This document shows positions 8,592 to 19,059 of a stretch of 39,048 bases of DNA, piece after piece (the first letter of the stretch is position 1; every line of letters begins with the position of its first letter). A program made the position numbers and the translations under genes. Location of the stretch: assembly GCA_043767805.1 (NCBI GenBank), contig JAYUGC010000038.1:1-39048 (forward strand), given 5' to 3'. The notes under the pieces were generated by a model that worked only from the letters and a program-made list of their open reading frames with translations, ran no database searches and was not told the origin of the DNA. The DNA is from Pseudomonadota bacterium. Lineage in GTDB: Bacteria > Bdellovibrionota > FAC87 > UBA2466.

Positions 8592-9806
8592 TTAGTCCTG
8601 CTGCCTTCGCAGGAACGTCGGGATGTCGTACTCTTCCGTGTCGAAGAAGCGTTTACCGATCTCGCGCGCGAGCTGACGCGCGGACTTCAGATCCGTCGAG
8701 AGAGGCTCTTTGCGCTCGAGAGGCGGCGTAACCATATTGGGAGACGCGGTGCTGATGGGCATCGCCGCCTCAGGCGCGGCTTGCGGCTGGGCCGCCGGCT
8801 GCGGCTCCACTTTTTTCGAGGGAGCTTCGGAAAGCTCCGTCTGCACGACCGGGTTAAAGCCCGTGGCGATGACCGTGACGCGCACTTCATCTTTCAAGTT
8901 CTCGTCGATGACGGAGCCGAAGATGATTTCCGCTTCCTCGTCCGCTTCTTCCGTGATGAGGCTCGAGGCTTCATTCACTTCGAAGAGGGTGAGGTCCGGT
9001 CCGCCCGTGATGTTGATGATGATGCCCGTGGCGCCGTTGATGGAGACGTCTTCTAGAAGCGGCGACGAGATGGCTTTGCGGGCCGCCTCGATGGCGCGGT
9101 TCTCTCCGCTCGCGACTCCGGTGCCCATGAGGGCCAAGCCCTTGTTAGACATGACGGTGCGCACGTCGGCGAAATCCAGGTTGATGAGACCGCGGATGTT
9201 GATCAGATCCGAGATACCTTTAACCGCCTGAAAGAGCACTTCGTCCGCGCGTTTGAAACAATCGAGCATGGTCGTCGTTTCGTTGGCGACGTAGAGCAAT
9301 CGCTGGTTCGGGATACAGATGAGCGTATCGACCGCTTCTCTCAGCTCCGCGATTCCCTTGTCCGCGTTCTTTCTGCGTTTCTTGCCCTCGAAGTTGAAGG
9401 GCTTCGTCACCACACCCACCGTGAGCGCGCCCGCCTCTTTCGCGATATGCGCGATGACCGGAGCGCCGCCCGTTCCCGTGCCGCCTCCCATCCCCGCGGT
9501 GATGAAAACCATGTCCGCGCCGTAGACGGCTTCGGCGATCCGCGCCGTATCTTCCAGAGCAGCTTTTTTACCGACGTCCGGATCGGCGCCGGCGCCGAGT
9601 CCCTTCGTCAGCTCTCCGCCGAGCTGGATGTGCACGGAGGCCGGGTGCACCGACAACGCTTGGTTGTCCGTGTTCGCGGCGATGAACTCCACTCCGTTCA
9701 AGCCGAGGGAAATCATGGTGGCCACGGCGTTGGTACCGCCCCCGCCTACCCCGACAACTTTAATTTTCGCGCCTTGCGCGGCAGTCTTTTCGACGATCTC
9801 GAACAT
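8592..9806 (-). CDS. ftsZ: Cell division protein FtsZ
   Basis: [28 protein letters not shown]-terminal [16 protein letters not shown] before MFEIV. Confidence 0.99.
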   Translation of the reverse strand: MFEIVEKTAAQGAKIKVVGVGGGGTNAVATMISLGLNGVEFIAANTDNQALSVHPASVHIQLGGELTKGLGAGADPDVGKKAALEDTARIAEAVYGADMVFITAGMGGGTGTGGAPVIAHIAKEAGALTVGVVTKPFNFEGKKRRKNADKGIAELREAVDTLICIPNQRLLYVANETTTMLDCFKRADEVLFQAVKGISDLINIRGLINLDFADVRTVMSNKGLALMGTGVASGENRAIEAARKAISSPLLEDVSINGATGIIINITGGPDLTLFEVNEASSLITEEADEEAEIIFGSVIDENLKDEVRVTVIATGFNPVVQTELSEAPSKKVEPQPAAQPQAAPEAAMPISTASPNMVTPPLERKEPLSTDLKSARQLAREIGKRFFDTEEYDIPTFLRRQQD

Positions 9807-9823
9807 AGGACCTCCCCCGGGGC

Positions 9824-11071
9824 TCAGAATACTTCTCCGAGCCAAGCCTTCATTCGGTTGACTACTTTGAAATAAATATTTTCTTCGTCGCGGATCTTGA
9901 ACCGGACTTCGGACCGGTTCCGCATTCCGTAGAGCAGTAAGCCCACGGCCGTCGAATAAATCGGCGAGCTGACGACGTCTTTGAGTCCGCCCACGCCCTG
10001 AGGATAACCTCTACGGACCGGCATCTCCAGGATGAACTCGGATAATTCCGGCATCCCCTCGAGAAGCGACGAGCCGCCGGTGATGACGACGCCCGACGAT
10101 AAAAGGTGTTTGTAGCCGCTGTTGATGATCTCTTGGCTCACCAAGGCGAAGATCTCTTCCACCCGGGGCTCGATGATTTTGGTCAAGGTGGAGCGCGAGA
10201 CTTCGCGCGGCTTTCGCCCCCCTGCGCCGGGAACCTGGATGACCTGCTCCGTGGGGAGCATGGAGTCCATGGCGCAGCCGAAGTTAATCTTGATGTTCTC
10301 CGCTTCCTGAATCGAAGTTCGGAGCCCCACCGCGATGTCGTTCGTAATGTGATTGCCGCCCATGGCGATGACGCCGGTATGAACGACGCTCCCGCGCACG
10401 AAGACCGCGATGTCGGTGGTACCTCCGCCGATATCGACGAGAACCACGCCCAGTTCCTTCTCATCCCGCGTCAGAACGGCCTCCGCCGAAGCGAGAGGCT
10501 CCAGGACGATGTCCGATACGTTGATGCCGGCCTGATTCGCGCACTTGATGATGTTTTGCGCGCTGGAGACCGCTCCCGTCACGATGTGCACTTTCGACTC
10601 GAGACGCACGCCGGACATACCCAAGGGATCCTTGACCCCGTCTTGATCGTTAATGACGTATTCCTGGGGGATGACGTGAATCACTTCGCGATCGAGCGGA
10701 ATGGCGACGGCTTTGGCCGCTTCCACCGCGCGATCGACGTCCATCTCGGTCACTTCCTTGTTACGGATAGCGACGACACCGGTGCTGTTGAAACCTTTGA
10801 TATGACCACCCGCGATCCCCGCGTAAGCGGAGGTGATCTCGCAGCCGCCCATGAGCTCGGCGACTTCGGCTGCCTTCTTGACGGCCTCGACTGTCGTCGG
10901 AATGTTCACCACGACGCCCTTTCGGATGCCGAGGCTAGGCATCTTGCCTATACCGACGATTTCGAGACCTTCTTCCGTCGCTTTGCCCACGACCACGCAA
11001 ATCTTGGTCGTGCCAAAATCAATACCGACTAGAAGGTCCGACTGCTTGCTGGGCTTCCTGAAGCCTGACAT
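9824..11071 (-). CDS. ftsA: Cell division protein FtsA
   Basis: [34 protein letters not shown]-terminal amphipathic helix. Alternative GTG start at 11077. Confidence 0.98.
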   Translation of the reverse strand: MSGFRKPSKQSDLLVGIDFGTTKICVVVGKATEEGLEIVGIGKMPSLGIRKGVVVNIPTTVEAVKKAAEVAELMGGCEITSAYAGIAGGHIKGFNSTGVVAIRNKEVTEMDVDRAVEAAKAVAIPLDREVIHVIPQEYVINDQDGVKDPLGMSGVRLESKVHIVTGAVSSAQNIIKCANQAGINVSDIVLEPLASAEAVLTRDEKELGVVLVDIGGGTTDIAVFVRGSVVHTGVIAMGGNHITNDIAVGLRTSIQEAENIKINFGCAMDSMLPTEQVIQVPGAGGRKPREVSRSTLTKIIEPRVEEIFALVSQEIINSGYKHLLSSGVVITGGSSLLEGMPELSEFILEMPVRRGYPQGVGGLKDVVSSPIYSTAVGLLLYGMRNRSEVRFKIRDEENIYFKVVNRMKAWLGEVF

Positions 11072-11188
11072 CGTCACCCTGATCGTTGAGGAGCGCCTCG
11101 ACGGTGCTCGGTACCGAAAAGTTAAACCTGATTTATAAACAGTGAGTCAAGATCGCGAAATGCTTGGACCTGCGGCCTTGTTGCAAAT

Positions 11189-11962
11189 TTAGTTCGAAAG
11201 GCTGGACCTGACAACAGCTTTTTTTGGGTAGTAAAGGTTGATCCGGCTGATCTGACCTATTTGATTCGGTGGGCTATCGAGGAGTAACGCGAGGTGAGGA
11301 AGCTGCTCTTCCCAAGTCTCGGCGCTGAGCGCCACTTCGATTTGGGGCGAGGAGAGAAAGATTTTGAAGTAGGGAAACGCACCGAGCACGAGCTGCGACA
11401 CTTTGTATTTCGCGTTCATCCCCGCCGCGAATTTATCGAGCAGCGTGAGCACCGCCTGCATGGGCCAGCCGTTCGCGTTTTCTTCGCGCGAGATCACTGG
11501 AAGACTCAGGCGCTGGAGCATGGAAGCGGTCACGCGCTCTATGGGATTTCCTTCCGCATCGAGGAACACGGGACGGCTTTTGTCGACGAGAACGGCGACC
11601 GCGCGCTTGGGCGTGACGTGAATACGCAGACGATTCGGATAATCTTTTTTGATGGTTACTTCTCGCACCCACGGCTTTGATTCGAGGGCGGAGATGATCT
11701 TGTCGGGATTCACCAGCAGGATGCTTTTCCCTTCCAATTTCGGCAGCCAGCCGCGCACTACATCGGGCTCGGTGGGCCATTCGCCGGTGACACTCACTTC
11801 TTTTACGTGCAGCCATTCCACGCGCGCGATCATTTCGGGGACGCGCTCTTTATCGAGGAGATAGAGCACGCCGCCCGTCGCCAGAATCGCCACCAAAAAA
11901 CAAACGAGTGCCTTCACGATCAACGAGTGAAAACGATCGGATTGCAGCGTGGCGGTTTTCAT
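11189..11962 (-). CDS. ftsQ: Cell division protein FtsQ/DivIB
   Basis: N-terminal TM, POTRA (PWVREVTIKKDYPNRLRIHV), position upstream of ftsA. Confidence 0.85.
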   Translation of the reverse strand: MKTATLQSDRFHSLIVKALVCFLVAILATGGVLYLLDKERVPEMIARVEWLHVKEVSVTGEWPTEPDVVRGWLPKLEGKSILLVNPDKIISALESKPWVREVTIKKDYPNRLRIHVTPKRAVAVLVDKSRPVFLDAEGNPIERVTASMLQRLSLPVISREENANGWPMQAVLTLLDKFAAGMNAKYKVSQLVLGAFPYFKIFLSSPQIEVALSAETWEEQLPHLALLLDSPPNQIGQISRINLYYPKKAVVRSSLSN

Positions 11963-11965
11963 TTT

Positions 11966-12976
11966 TTAGGCGGCGACCGTGGCTCTAACCGTTTTTGTCT
12001 CGGCTCCCGAGAGCATGCCGTCCCAGCGCAAGCCCACTCGCTCCAAGCCAAAGCGCTCCGAAAGCGAGGCATAAAGGCTTTCTCCGAAGCCGAGCCGCAG
12101 CTTCGGCTCCCGCTGAAAGCGGAGAATGAGCTCTCCCATGGAGCGCACTTCATGCAAGGGCAGCACGTACCCGTCTTTACCGTCGGAAATATAGTCCTCG
12201 ATGCCGGGCACTTCCGTCGCGAGCACCGGCACTTTGGCGCTTGCCGCGGCAAGCAGGGGCGCGAAATGATCGTTTCGAAGGGGCGTATAAAGAAGCACGT
12301 CCAACCCGCTGACCGCTTCTCCTCCCGCCGATTCAACGGGCTGCACCTGTTGGGAAAGCCCGAGCTCGCGAATCATCGCCCGGATGTGACCGGACAAACG
12401 GCCGGCGCCGATGAGCCGGAAGGCGAGCGCCTTGTCCTGCTGACAGAGATAATGAGCGACGCTCATCACGTAATTGAGATTCGCTTCCCGGTTAAATACG
12501 TCGAGCATGCCCACGGTAAAGGGCTTGCCCGCGAGAGGCGTCTCGACCGGCGGGCCCACGCAAGGCAACGGCATGAGGGAAACTTGGTGCTCGCCGAGTC
12601 CTTCGATCTCCCGGAAAAAACGGTAATTTAAAGTGCAATGCACCAGCACCTTTACGTGCGACGGCACCGCGGGACGAAACTTGCGCAAAAATAGCGTCGG
12701 CAACGAGGGATGAATATTGCCTAAATTGAAAACGGAAAGATAAACGCGGCTTCCCGAAAAGCGGCGCGCTTCCGAAAGGGCCTGGCGCCAATGACGCGTC
12801 ACGATCCAAACCGCCCCTTTCGGGGTCGCCGGCATGGGCAAGCGACGGCCGAGCGGCACGTTGAAACGCTCCACCGAGGCGCGGGCCGCAAACCAATCGA
12901 CGAGAGAGCTCGCGACGCGCTTTTCCCATAAGGGCAAGTCACCGTAGAAATAACAGCTGAGCTCAGAGTTTTTCAT
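11966..12976 (-). CDS. Divergent GT-B (family 4-like) glycosyltransferase
   Basis: C-terminal Rossmann half LIGAG...L.L...V, PVLATEVPGIEDYISDGKDG. The acidic EX7E motif appears degenerate. Confidence 0.7.
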   Translation of the reverse strand: MKNSELSCYFYGDLPLWEKRVASSLVDWFAARASVERFNVPLGRRLPMPATPKGAVWIVTRHWRQALSEARRFSGSRVYLSVFNLGNIHPSLPTLFLRKFRPAVPSHVKVLVHCTLNYRFFREIEGLGEHQVSLMPLPCVGPPVETPLAGKPFTVGMLDVFNREANLNYVMSVAHYLCQQDKALAFRLIGAGRLSGHIRAMIRELGLSQQVQPVESAGGEAVSGLDVLLYTPLRNDHFAPLLAAASAKVPVLATEVPGIEDYISDGKDGYVLPLHEVRSMGELILRFQREPKLRLGFGESLYASLSERFGLERVGLRWDGMLSGAETKTVRATVAA

Positions 12977-13059
12977 GGTTCCTCAAGGATATGCCAAGCA
13001 ATGAGAAGACGGCTCGATTATATCTCGCGACGGCACCGGGGAACAGGCCTTGTCGGGGA

Positions 13060-14166
13060 CTATAAGTGCGTATTGACGAAGTCGATGAGGTCCCGAAGCC
13101 GGCCGTAGTCCTTGCGATCGAAGGAAAACACGAGGCGCGTCATGTCTTTCAGCTCGGGCTCGTTGGCTTCCTCGGGCAAAGGCCCGCTCTCCACGAACTC
13201 GCCTTTTCCCGCCAGGCTCGCGAACTCACGCTGCAACTCGGCAAGGATCTTTTTCCCCACCGGTTTTTTGAGCCGCAAGGACACGCCTTGCTTCAGGAAG
13301 CGCATGGAATGAAAGACCTGGTAGAAATGATTGATGTGATCCAGCGCGTCCTCGACGGAATGAAAGACCTGATAGAGACGCCGATCGGGAGCCGAGATGA
13401 AGCCTTTGGCGAGTAACGCGTTCTCGACGAACTCGATGAAGTGTTTCCAGAAGCCGAAGCCTTCGGGCTCCAGAAGCACGACGGGAACGAGATTCGATTT
13501 GCCCGTTTGAATGAGCGTCAAAACCTCGAAAGCTTCGTCGAAAGTGCCGAAGCCGCCCGGAAAATAGGCGAACGCGCTCGCTTCTTTCACGAGGAAGAGC
13601 TTGCGCGTGAAGAAATATTTGTAATGGATCAGGTTGTTTTGCGTGTCGATGAAAGAGTTCGCCGACTGCTCGAAAGGAAGGCGGATGTTCAAGCCGAAGC
13701 CGCCCTTCGACTCCGCACCTTCGTTTCCCGCCGCCATGATGCCGGGGCCGCCGCCCGTAATCACCATGAACTTGCGCTTTACCGCTTCCATCGCGAACCG
13801 CTTCGCCAAATCGTAGAGCGGCGTGTCTTTCGGAACGCGTGCCGAACCGAAAATGGTGATCTTCGGCGTGAGCCGGTGCGGATAAAACATCTTGAAGGAG
13901 TAACGAAGCTCCTTCAGCGAGGTGGATGCGATTTTCAGATTCAGCGTTCCCGGGCTCTCGTTAACGAGCTGCAGGGCCGCCTTGAAAATGTCTTCCAGGA
14001 TGGCCGCGCGCGGGTGCTTCACCCCTTTAAGCACGTTTTGCTGAAGAAAAGCCTGCAAAGCGTCCCAGTTTTCGACGGGCTTTTTCGCGCTCTTGCCCTC
14101 GGCCTCCGCGCCTTTGGTGGTCGTTTTAGATTCCTTCGACGGTTCTTTGGATTTGCCTGGGCGCAT
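13060..14166 (-). CDS. LOG-family (TIGR00730-like) nucleotide-binding protein
   Basis: ITIFGSAR, ITGGGPGIM.AGN.GA, NIRLPFEQ, YFFTRK, PGGFGTFDE. Confidence 0.9.
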   Translation of the reverse strand: MRPGKSKEPSKESKTTTKGAEAEGKSAKKPVENWDALQAFLQQNVLKGVKHPRAAILEDIFKAALQLVNESPGTLNLKIASTSLKELRYSFKMFYPHRLTPKITIFGSARVPKDTPLYDLAKRFAMEAVKRKFMVITGGGPGIMAAGNEGAESKGGFGLNIRLPFEQSANSFIDTQNNLIHYKYFFTRKLFLVKEASAFAYFPGGFGTFDEAFEVLTLIQTGKSNLVPVVLLEPEGFGFWKHFIEFVENALLAKGFISAPDRRLYQVFHSVEDALDHINHFYQVFHSMRFLKQGVSLRLKKPVGKKILAELQREFASLAGKGEFVESGPLPEEANEPELKDMTRLVFSFDRKDYGRLRDLIDFVNTHL

Positions 14167-14188
14167 AATATTTTGGATAATCACCGGC

Positions 14189-15439
14189 GTGGCGAGCACT
14201 GATTCGAGATCGAAGCCCCTTTATCGTTATATCCAGCTGGGGTCCGCGTTCTTCGGGATCGTACTAAGCCTTTATCTTCTGGCCCAGCATACCCGACTAA
14301 AAAGTGGAATCCAAGGCGGCACGAGCTTCTGCTCCTTCGGCAAGTACGCCGATTGCGACGTCGTCAGCTCGAGCCAGTTCTCCGAAGTGCTCGGGATCCC
14401 ACTGGCGGGCGGCGGCGCGGTTTTCTTTTTCGTGCTGCTCCTTCTCGTCTTGGTGACGCCGAAAAAGACGACGAATAACTCCGCCGCTCAAACCTGGCTG
14501 ACCCGGCTAGCGATCTTCGGCCTCGGCATGGACACGCTGCTTTTCGTGATCCAGGTCGCCTTCATCAAAAGCATTTGCGTGGTTTGCTTCGCGACTTACG
14601 TCGCCAATGTCGGCATCCTTTACGGCGCGCTGAAAAGAAAAGGCGGAAAGTTCAAAGACGCGCTCAACCAGGCGCTCACCCTGGATCCGGCGGGAGAAAA
14701 GCTTTTCCCTCAAGGGCCCATGCGGATCATGCTTGGCCTTTCTCTGGTGCTCTTTACCGGCATTACGGCGCTCATTCCGTCCGCCATCCGTCTGACCTCG
14801 AAGAATTACGCTTTGGTAGACGGCGCCATTGAGCAATTTTTCGCGACCTGGCCCGAGAAAAAAGGACGCGCCATCGACACGAAGCCCGGCGACGGCGTGC
14901 TAGGTAATCCGCGTGCCTTGGTCCGCATCGTCGAGTTCAGCGATTTCGAATGTCCCTTCTGCCGGCAAGCCGCCTTTACCTTGCATACGGCCCTGGAGCC
15001 CATGAAGGATAAGGTCTTCTTGGTCTTCAAGCAGTTTCCCTTGGATCCGGCGTGCAACCCGACCGTGCAAAATCAGATTCACGCCAATGCCTGCGCGCTG
15101 GCCCGCCTCGCCTATTGCGCGAACCGCAAAGGAAAGTTTTGGGAGTTCCACGACGCCGTTTTTCTGAGAATCCCGGAAGACAAAATCAGGGCGGGGATCG
15201 AGGCGATCGCTCCCGATCTAGCTTCCCTCTTCACCAAAGATGAAATCGGCTCGTGTCTGAGTGACCCCGCGACCTTGGACAACATCGCCCAGGACTCCCG
15301 TCTCGGAAAATCTCTCGAGATCAAGGGAACACCGTCGGTCTTCATCAACGGAAAGCCTGTCACCATTCCACTCACCGTGGAAAGCATCCGCCGGCTCGTC
15401 ACTCTCGAGCTCTTCCTTCAGCAAAAAGCGTCGCCCTGA
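14189..15439 (+). CDS. VKOR-DsbA (thioredoxin) fusion, disulfide bond formation
   Basis: VKOR loop FC.....ADCD.V..S, CVVC, TM helices; DsbA domain EFSDFECPFC and GTPS.FING. GTG start inferred. Confidence 0.9.
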   Translation: MASTDSRSKPLYRYIQLGSAFFGIVLSLYLLAQHTRLKSGIQGGTSFCSFGKYADCDVVSSSQFSEVLGIPLAGGGAVFFFVLLLLVLVTPKKTTNNSAAQTWLTRLAIFGLGMDTLLFVIQVAFIKSICVVCFATYVANVGILYGALKRKGGKFKDALNQALTLDPAGEKLFPQGPMRIMLGLSLVLFTGITALIPSAIRLTSKNYALVDGAIEQFFATWPEKKGRAIDTKPGDGVLGNPRALVRIVEFSDFECPFCRQAAFTLHTALEPMKDKVFLVFKQFPLDPACNPTVQNQIHANACALARLAYCANRKGKFWEFHDAVFLRIPEDKIRAGIEAIAPDLASLFTKDEIGSCLSDPATLDNIAQDSRLGKSLEIKGTPSVFINGKPVTIPLTVESIRRLVTLELFLQQKASP

Positions 15440-15553
15440 CCGTATTCCCGTAGATTCTTTGGGCACCCGTCAAAGAGCGAACAGGTGTCACCTCAGATCG
15501 ACGAAGACAAGCGTATACAACCCTGAAAATATAGGCTTTTTCGGCCCTTTTTT

Positions 15554-15569
15554 AGGCACTCGGATTGCT
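15554..15569 (+). promoter_or_regulatory. Sigma54 (-24/-12) promoter
   Basis: AGGCACTCGGATTGCT matches TGGCAC-N5-TTGCW with correct spacing; GAAGGAGG RBS follows. Confidence 0.75.
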
Positions 15570-15598
15570 TCTACTTAAGCCTGAAGGAGGGTGCATTC

Positions 15599-17077
15599 AT
15601 GAAAGTACAGCTTACCAAGCTCACGCTGATAGCTATCGCACTCGTTTTCACGACCCGTCCCGCCCTGGCCGATTTGAAAGACGTGGAACAAGCGCAGCAG
15701 AAGATTCAAAACGCCTTCATCGATCACTTCCTGAACTTCTCCAAAGACAAGAATGTGATGGGCAAGGCGAAAACGCCGGAAGGCAAAGTCGTCTCCGAAG
15801 GCAAGAAGCGAAAATTCGACCGAGACGGCGGCGGTGTCCTGCCCTTCCAGAGCGATCTGACCTACCACGATTACTCTTACAACCGCACCGATCCCAATGA
15901 CGCCAATAAGAAGGAAGAAGATCGGTCGCGGCTATTCGCTTTCGTCTCTCACCACGGGGGCGTCTCCGCGGCCGGCGGTTCTTCCTTGCTCGAGCGTACA
16001 GCTTACGAGCTACACAAGAAATTATCCAAGGAAGACGAGAAAAACGCGCAAAAGGCGGATCAGGAAGAAGGCGTGAAAAACCGCTCGCTCTTCCGCATCA
16101 CCACCAAGGAAGTTTTCAAGAACGAAGGCGAGGACGCCAAGGGCGGCGCCGACGCGAAAAAGCCAGATAAGGTCGAGCGCATCGAGATGCGGGACGAGGC
16201 CAAGACGGAAATCGAGAAGGTCGGCGATCAGTCCTTTGAGACCATCCGCCGCGCGGCCCGCGATCAAGGCAACGAGGACGACTCGAATACGCTGCCGAAC
16301 GGCGTGCTCCTTAGATACGCCGCCGGCCAGGCCAGCCAAGCTTGGTGGAACTCTACTTTAGCGAACTTAGGCCAGCGCCGGGCCAACTCCGGCATCCGCG
16401 CGGGTGCGCTGCCCGATTCTCCGCAACTCTCCGAAGGCATGGCGAGCTGCGATGAGTGGGGACAGGCCGCGCTCCAAGGGATTCAGCAATCGAAAGCGCC
16501 GCCCGAAGCTCAGAAAGCGCTCACGCAAGAAATTCAGCAGAAGGTGCAGCAGTGCACGCAGATGGCGCAGCAGCAATGGAATGTCGTCAATCCGAAGTTC
16601 GCTCCCAACGAGAACGGCAAGGGCGAGACTTTGAAAACCGGCGACGTGCAGAAGGAAGACGCCTTTCAGCGCGACCTTCGCAATCAGCTGGAGATTCTGT
16701 CCAAGGCCGGCAAGGGCGTGCAAGGACTCCAGACCAACTGGCAATACGGAGACAAGGACGAGAAGAGCAAGGTCACCATCGAATTCGACGACGGACAGCC
16801 GAAAGGCCCCGTGGACCGCACGGCGCGAGAGCAGCTGGAATCTTACAATGCTCAGCTAAAGGACGCGGCGGCAGGCCTGGAAGAAGTGCGCGCGAAGATG
16901 CCGGATTACAAGCCAGAGGGGGATCCCTTGCAGTATCAGATCGCGCCCGAGTCGAAGAGCGTGATGGAGATCAACCAGGCTCCCGTGCTCTCCGCGTTCG
17001 AGGAAGCGAAAATTCCCGACGTACAGGCTCCGGCTAAATCGGCGGACACCTACGACAAGCTACTCAACCAGGAATAA
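15599..17077 (+). CDS. Hypothetical secreted protein, charged and Gln-rich
   Basis: 492-aa ORF, signal peptide ending ALA|D, strong RBS, no family recognised. Confidence 0.85.
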   Translation: MKVQLTKLTLIAIALVFTTRPALADLKDVEQAQQKIQNAFIDHFLNFSKDKNVMGKAKTPEGKVVSEGKKRKFDRDGGGVLPFQSDLTYHDYSYNRTDPNDANKKEEDRSRLFAFVSHHGGVSAAGGSSLLERTAYELHKKLSKEDEKNAQKADQEEGVKNRSLFRITTKEVFKNEGEDAKGGADAKKPDKVERIEMRDEAKTEIEKVGDQSFETIRRAARDQGNEDDSNTLPNGVLLRYAAGQASQAWWNSTLANLGQRRANSGIRAGALPDSPQLSEGMASCDEWGQAALQGIQQSKAPPEAQKALTQEIQQKVQQCTQMAQQQWNVVNPKFAPNENGKGETLKTGDVQKEDAFQRDLRNQLEILSKAGKGVQGLQTNWQYGDKDEKSKVTIEFDDGQPKGPVDRTAREQLESYNAQLKDAAAGLEEVRAKMPDYKPEGDPLQYQIAPESKSVMEINQAPVLSAFEEAKIPDVQAPAKSADTYDKLLNQE

Positions 17078-17105
17078 ATTCCCGGGACCGGATAAGATGG
17101 AGGCC

Positions 17106-17996
17106 ATGCGCCTCCTCTTAACTTTGCTCGCTCTTTTCCCGCTGGGTACCAGGGCCAATGAAAAGCTCACGCTGATGCACGCGGGAAAAAACCGCACCTA
17201 CTTCGTCCACCACCCGCCCCGGTGGAAGAAGGAAGGCTCCGCTCCCGCCATCTTGGCGCTCCATGGAGGCGGGGGAACGGGGGAACAGTTCGAGAAGTCC
17301 TGCCCGCTGGCGGAAGCGAGTGACGCCGCCGGCTTCGTGGTGGCCTATCCCGAAGGAACGGATAAGCGGTGGGCCGATGGGCGCCCCGAGCGAGTGAACC
17401 AAGCCGACGACCTAGGATTTTTGAAGGCCGTGCGAGAGGCCTTGATTCACGATCACGGCGTCGATCCCACCCGCGTTTTTGCCGCAGGTATCTCCAACGG
17501 CGGCGCGATGTCGTTTCGTCTGGCTTGCGAAGCCGCCGACAAGTTCCGAGCCATCGCGCCAGTGGTAATGAATTTAGGAGAAGTTCTCTCCACAACTTGT
17601 AAGCCCTCACGGCCAATCTCCGTCCTTCAGATCGTAGGGGATCAGGACAAGCTCGTTCCTTTCCGGGGCGGCCAAATTACTGGGCCCCTCGGATTCAAGA
17701 AGATGGGCAAAGTGCTTTCTGCCCAAGACACCTTGTCCTTCTGGGGGAAAACCAACGGCTGTGAAGGCGAGCCGAAGAGTGAGTCCTGGGATCGCGACCC
17801 GAAGGATGCCACACGCGTGACTCACCTTACCTATTCGAAGTGTAAGAACGCGGTCACCGTCGAACAGTTTCTAATCGCGGGTGGTGGCCATACCTGGCCC
17901 TCGGGAAGCCAGTACCTTCCGAAATTTCTAGTCGGTCGGGTGAGTCAAGAGCTCGAGGCCAGCCGGGAAATCGTGCGGTTCTTTCTGGCTAAATAG
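17106..17996 (+). CDS. Secreted esterase, PHB depolymerase/LpqC-like
   Basis: ALHGGGG, VAYPEG, DDLGFL, GISNGG, G..D, GGGHTWP; signal peptide. Alternative start 17097. Confidence 0.88.
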   Translation: MRLLLTLLALFPLGTRANEKLTLMHAGKNRTYFVHHPPRWKKEGSAPAILALHGGGGTGEQFEKSCPLAEASDAAGFVVAYPEGTDKRWADGRPERVNQADDLGFLKAVREALIHDHGVDPTRVFAAGISNGGAMSFRLACEAADKFRAIAPVVMNLGEVLSTTCKPSRPISVLQIVGDQDKLVPFRGGQITGPLGFKKMGKVLSAQDTLSFWGKTNGCEGEPKSESWDRDPKDATRVTHLTYSKCKNAVTVEQFLIAGGGHTWPSGSQYLPKFLVGRVSQELEASREIVRFFLAK

Positions 17997-17997
17997 A

Positions 17998-18813
17998 TTA
18001 GCGGCCAAAAAAACGAGAGCCCTTTTGCTGAAGCAAGTGAAAGGCGCGCTTCAAGTTAGTCACGCCTTGGCCCGGAAAACGTTCCGCGGGCCTTGCCTTC
18101 CAGTTGGTATCTTGCGGCTGAGCTTTGTCCTGCTCCGGCCTTCCATTCGTATAGTAGTAAAGAGCGAGAGAGTTTCTGGTGCGGTTAGGTGGACATTCGA
18201 GCGGATCGGGATGGCCATGAAAGGACTCCGAGTCCGTATTGAAGATCACGCATCGGTTGAGGAGAGGAAAAATTCTAGCCTCGCAACGAGACACTTCCCG
18301 GTCCCAGAGTTGCAAATCCCCTTTCCAGCCTTCCTGCCAGTCGGGATTCAAATAGAAAAGAACGTTTAACCGGCGATCCAATCTTCTTCTGGGGTCAAAG
18401 CTGAAATCCGAATGAATGGCAAGTCGGCCGCCCGGAAGGATTTGATGGAGGGCACCGCCGTTAAAGTGCGGGTCCGACACCAACCCCGGAATTCCGGTAA
18501 GGTTCTCCAGGAAATCCAAAAATACCTTTCCATTGAACTCATTCAAGATGTGGCGGAGTCGAGGGGAAAGTCCCTCGAAGTTACTGTGCTGGAGACTACT
18601 TTGCTTCTTCCACTGGTAGCGGTTCTCGTTCAACTTGAAATGCGCGAAGTCGGAACGCGGAAAATCGTCGGCAAGCCCGGTGGCCACGGTTTCCGGCAGG
18701 AAATTATCCAAGACACAATGGGGGAAAGGATGAGCCGACGCATACCTCTCCCGATGCCTTTCGGCGAACTGGCCGAAATAGGAGCCTTCGAAGAAATAGA
18801 GATCGGAAGGCAT
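17998..18813 (-). CDS. 2OG-Fe(II) oxygenase, prolyl-hydroxylase-like
   Basis: PFPH.VLDNFL, GGALH, HSD, RRLNVLFYLN, SFHG, R.SLALYYYT. Confidence 0.9.
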   Translation of the reverse strand: MPSDLYFFEGSYFGQFAERHRERYASAHPFPHCVLDNFLPETVATGLADDFPRSDFAHFKLNENRYQWKKQSSLQHSNFEGLSPRLRHILNEFNGKVFLDFLENLTGIPGLVSDPHFNGGALHQILPGGRLAIHSDFSFDPRRRLDRRLNVLFYLNPDWQEGWKGDLQLWDREVSRCEARIFPLLNRCVIFNTDSESFHGHPDPLECPPNRTRNSLALYYYTNGRPEQDKAQPQDTNWKARPAERFPGQGVTNLKRAFHLLQQKGSRFFGR

Positions 18814-19001
18814 TACGGGTTCTCCCTGTCGTAAGCTTCGTCTTTCGCGACAAGCACAAAATCCAAATCGGAAGGCTCATCGAGCCCCGGAGAAATATAG
18901 GAGCCCGCGACGGCAACCCCAAGCCAGGCGTCGTCCGAAGAGATACGTTGCCGCAAGCGGTCAAGAAACTGCGAATGGGGAACGGGACGTGTCTTTTCCA
19001 T
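18813..19001 (-). pseudogene. N-terminal fragment of a Pol-beta-like nucleotidyltransferase
   Basis: 62 aa with GVAVAGSY...DEPSDLDFVLV (GS...DxD), ending about 13 residues after the motif. Stop overlaps the next ATG (TAATG). Confidence 0.6.
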
Positions 19002-19059
19002 GCTACCCGAGCCTAACCCAAGGCTCGCCGACTGAGAACGGCTCTGCTATATAATCCCC

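Noticed and set aside
11959..12336. 125-aa Cys-rich minus-strand ORF
   Set aside because: Alternative frame overlapping the glycosyltransferase.
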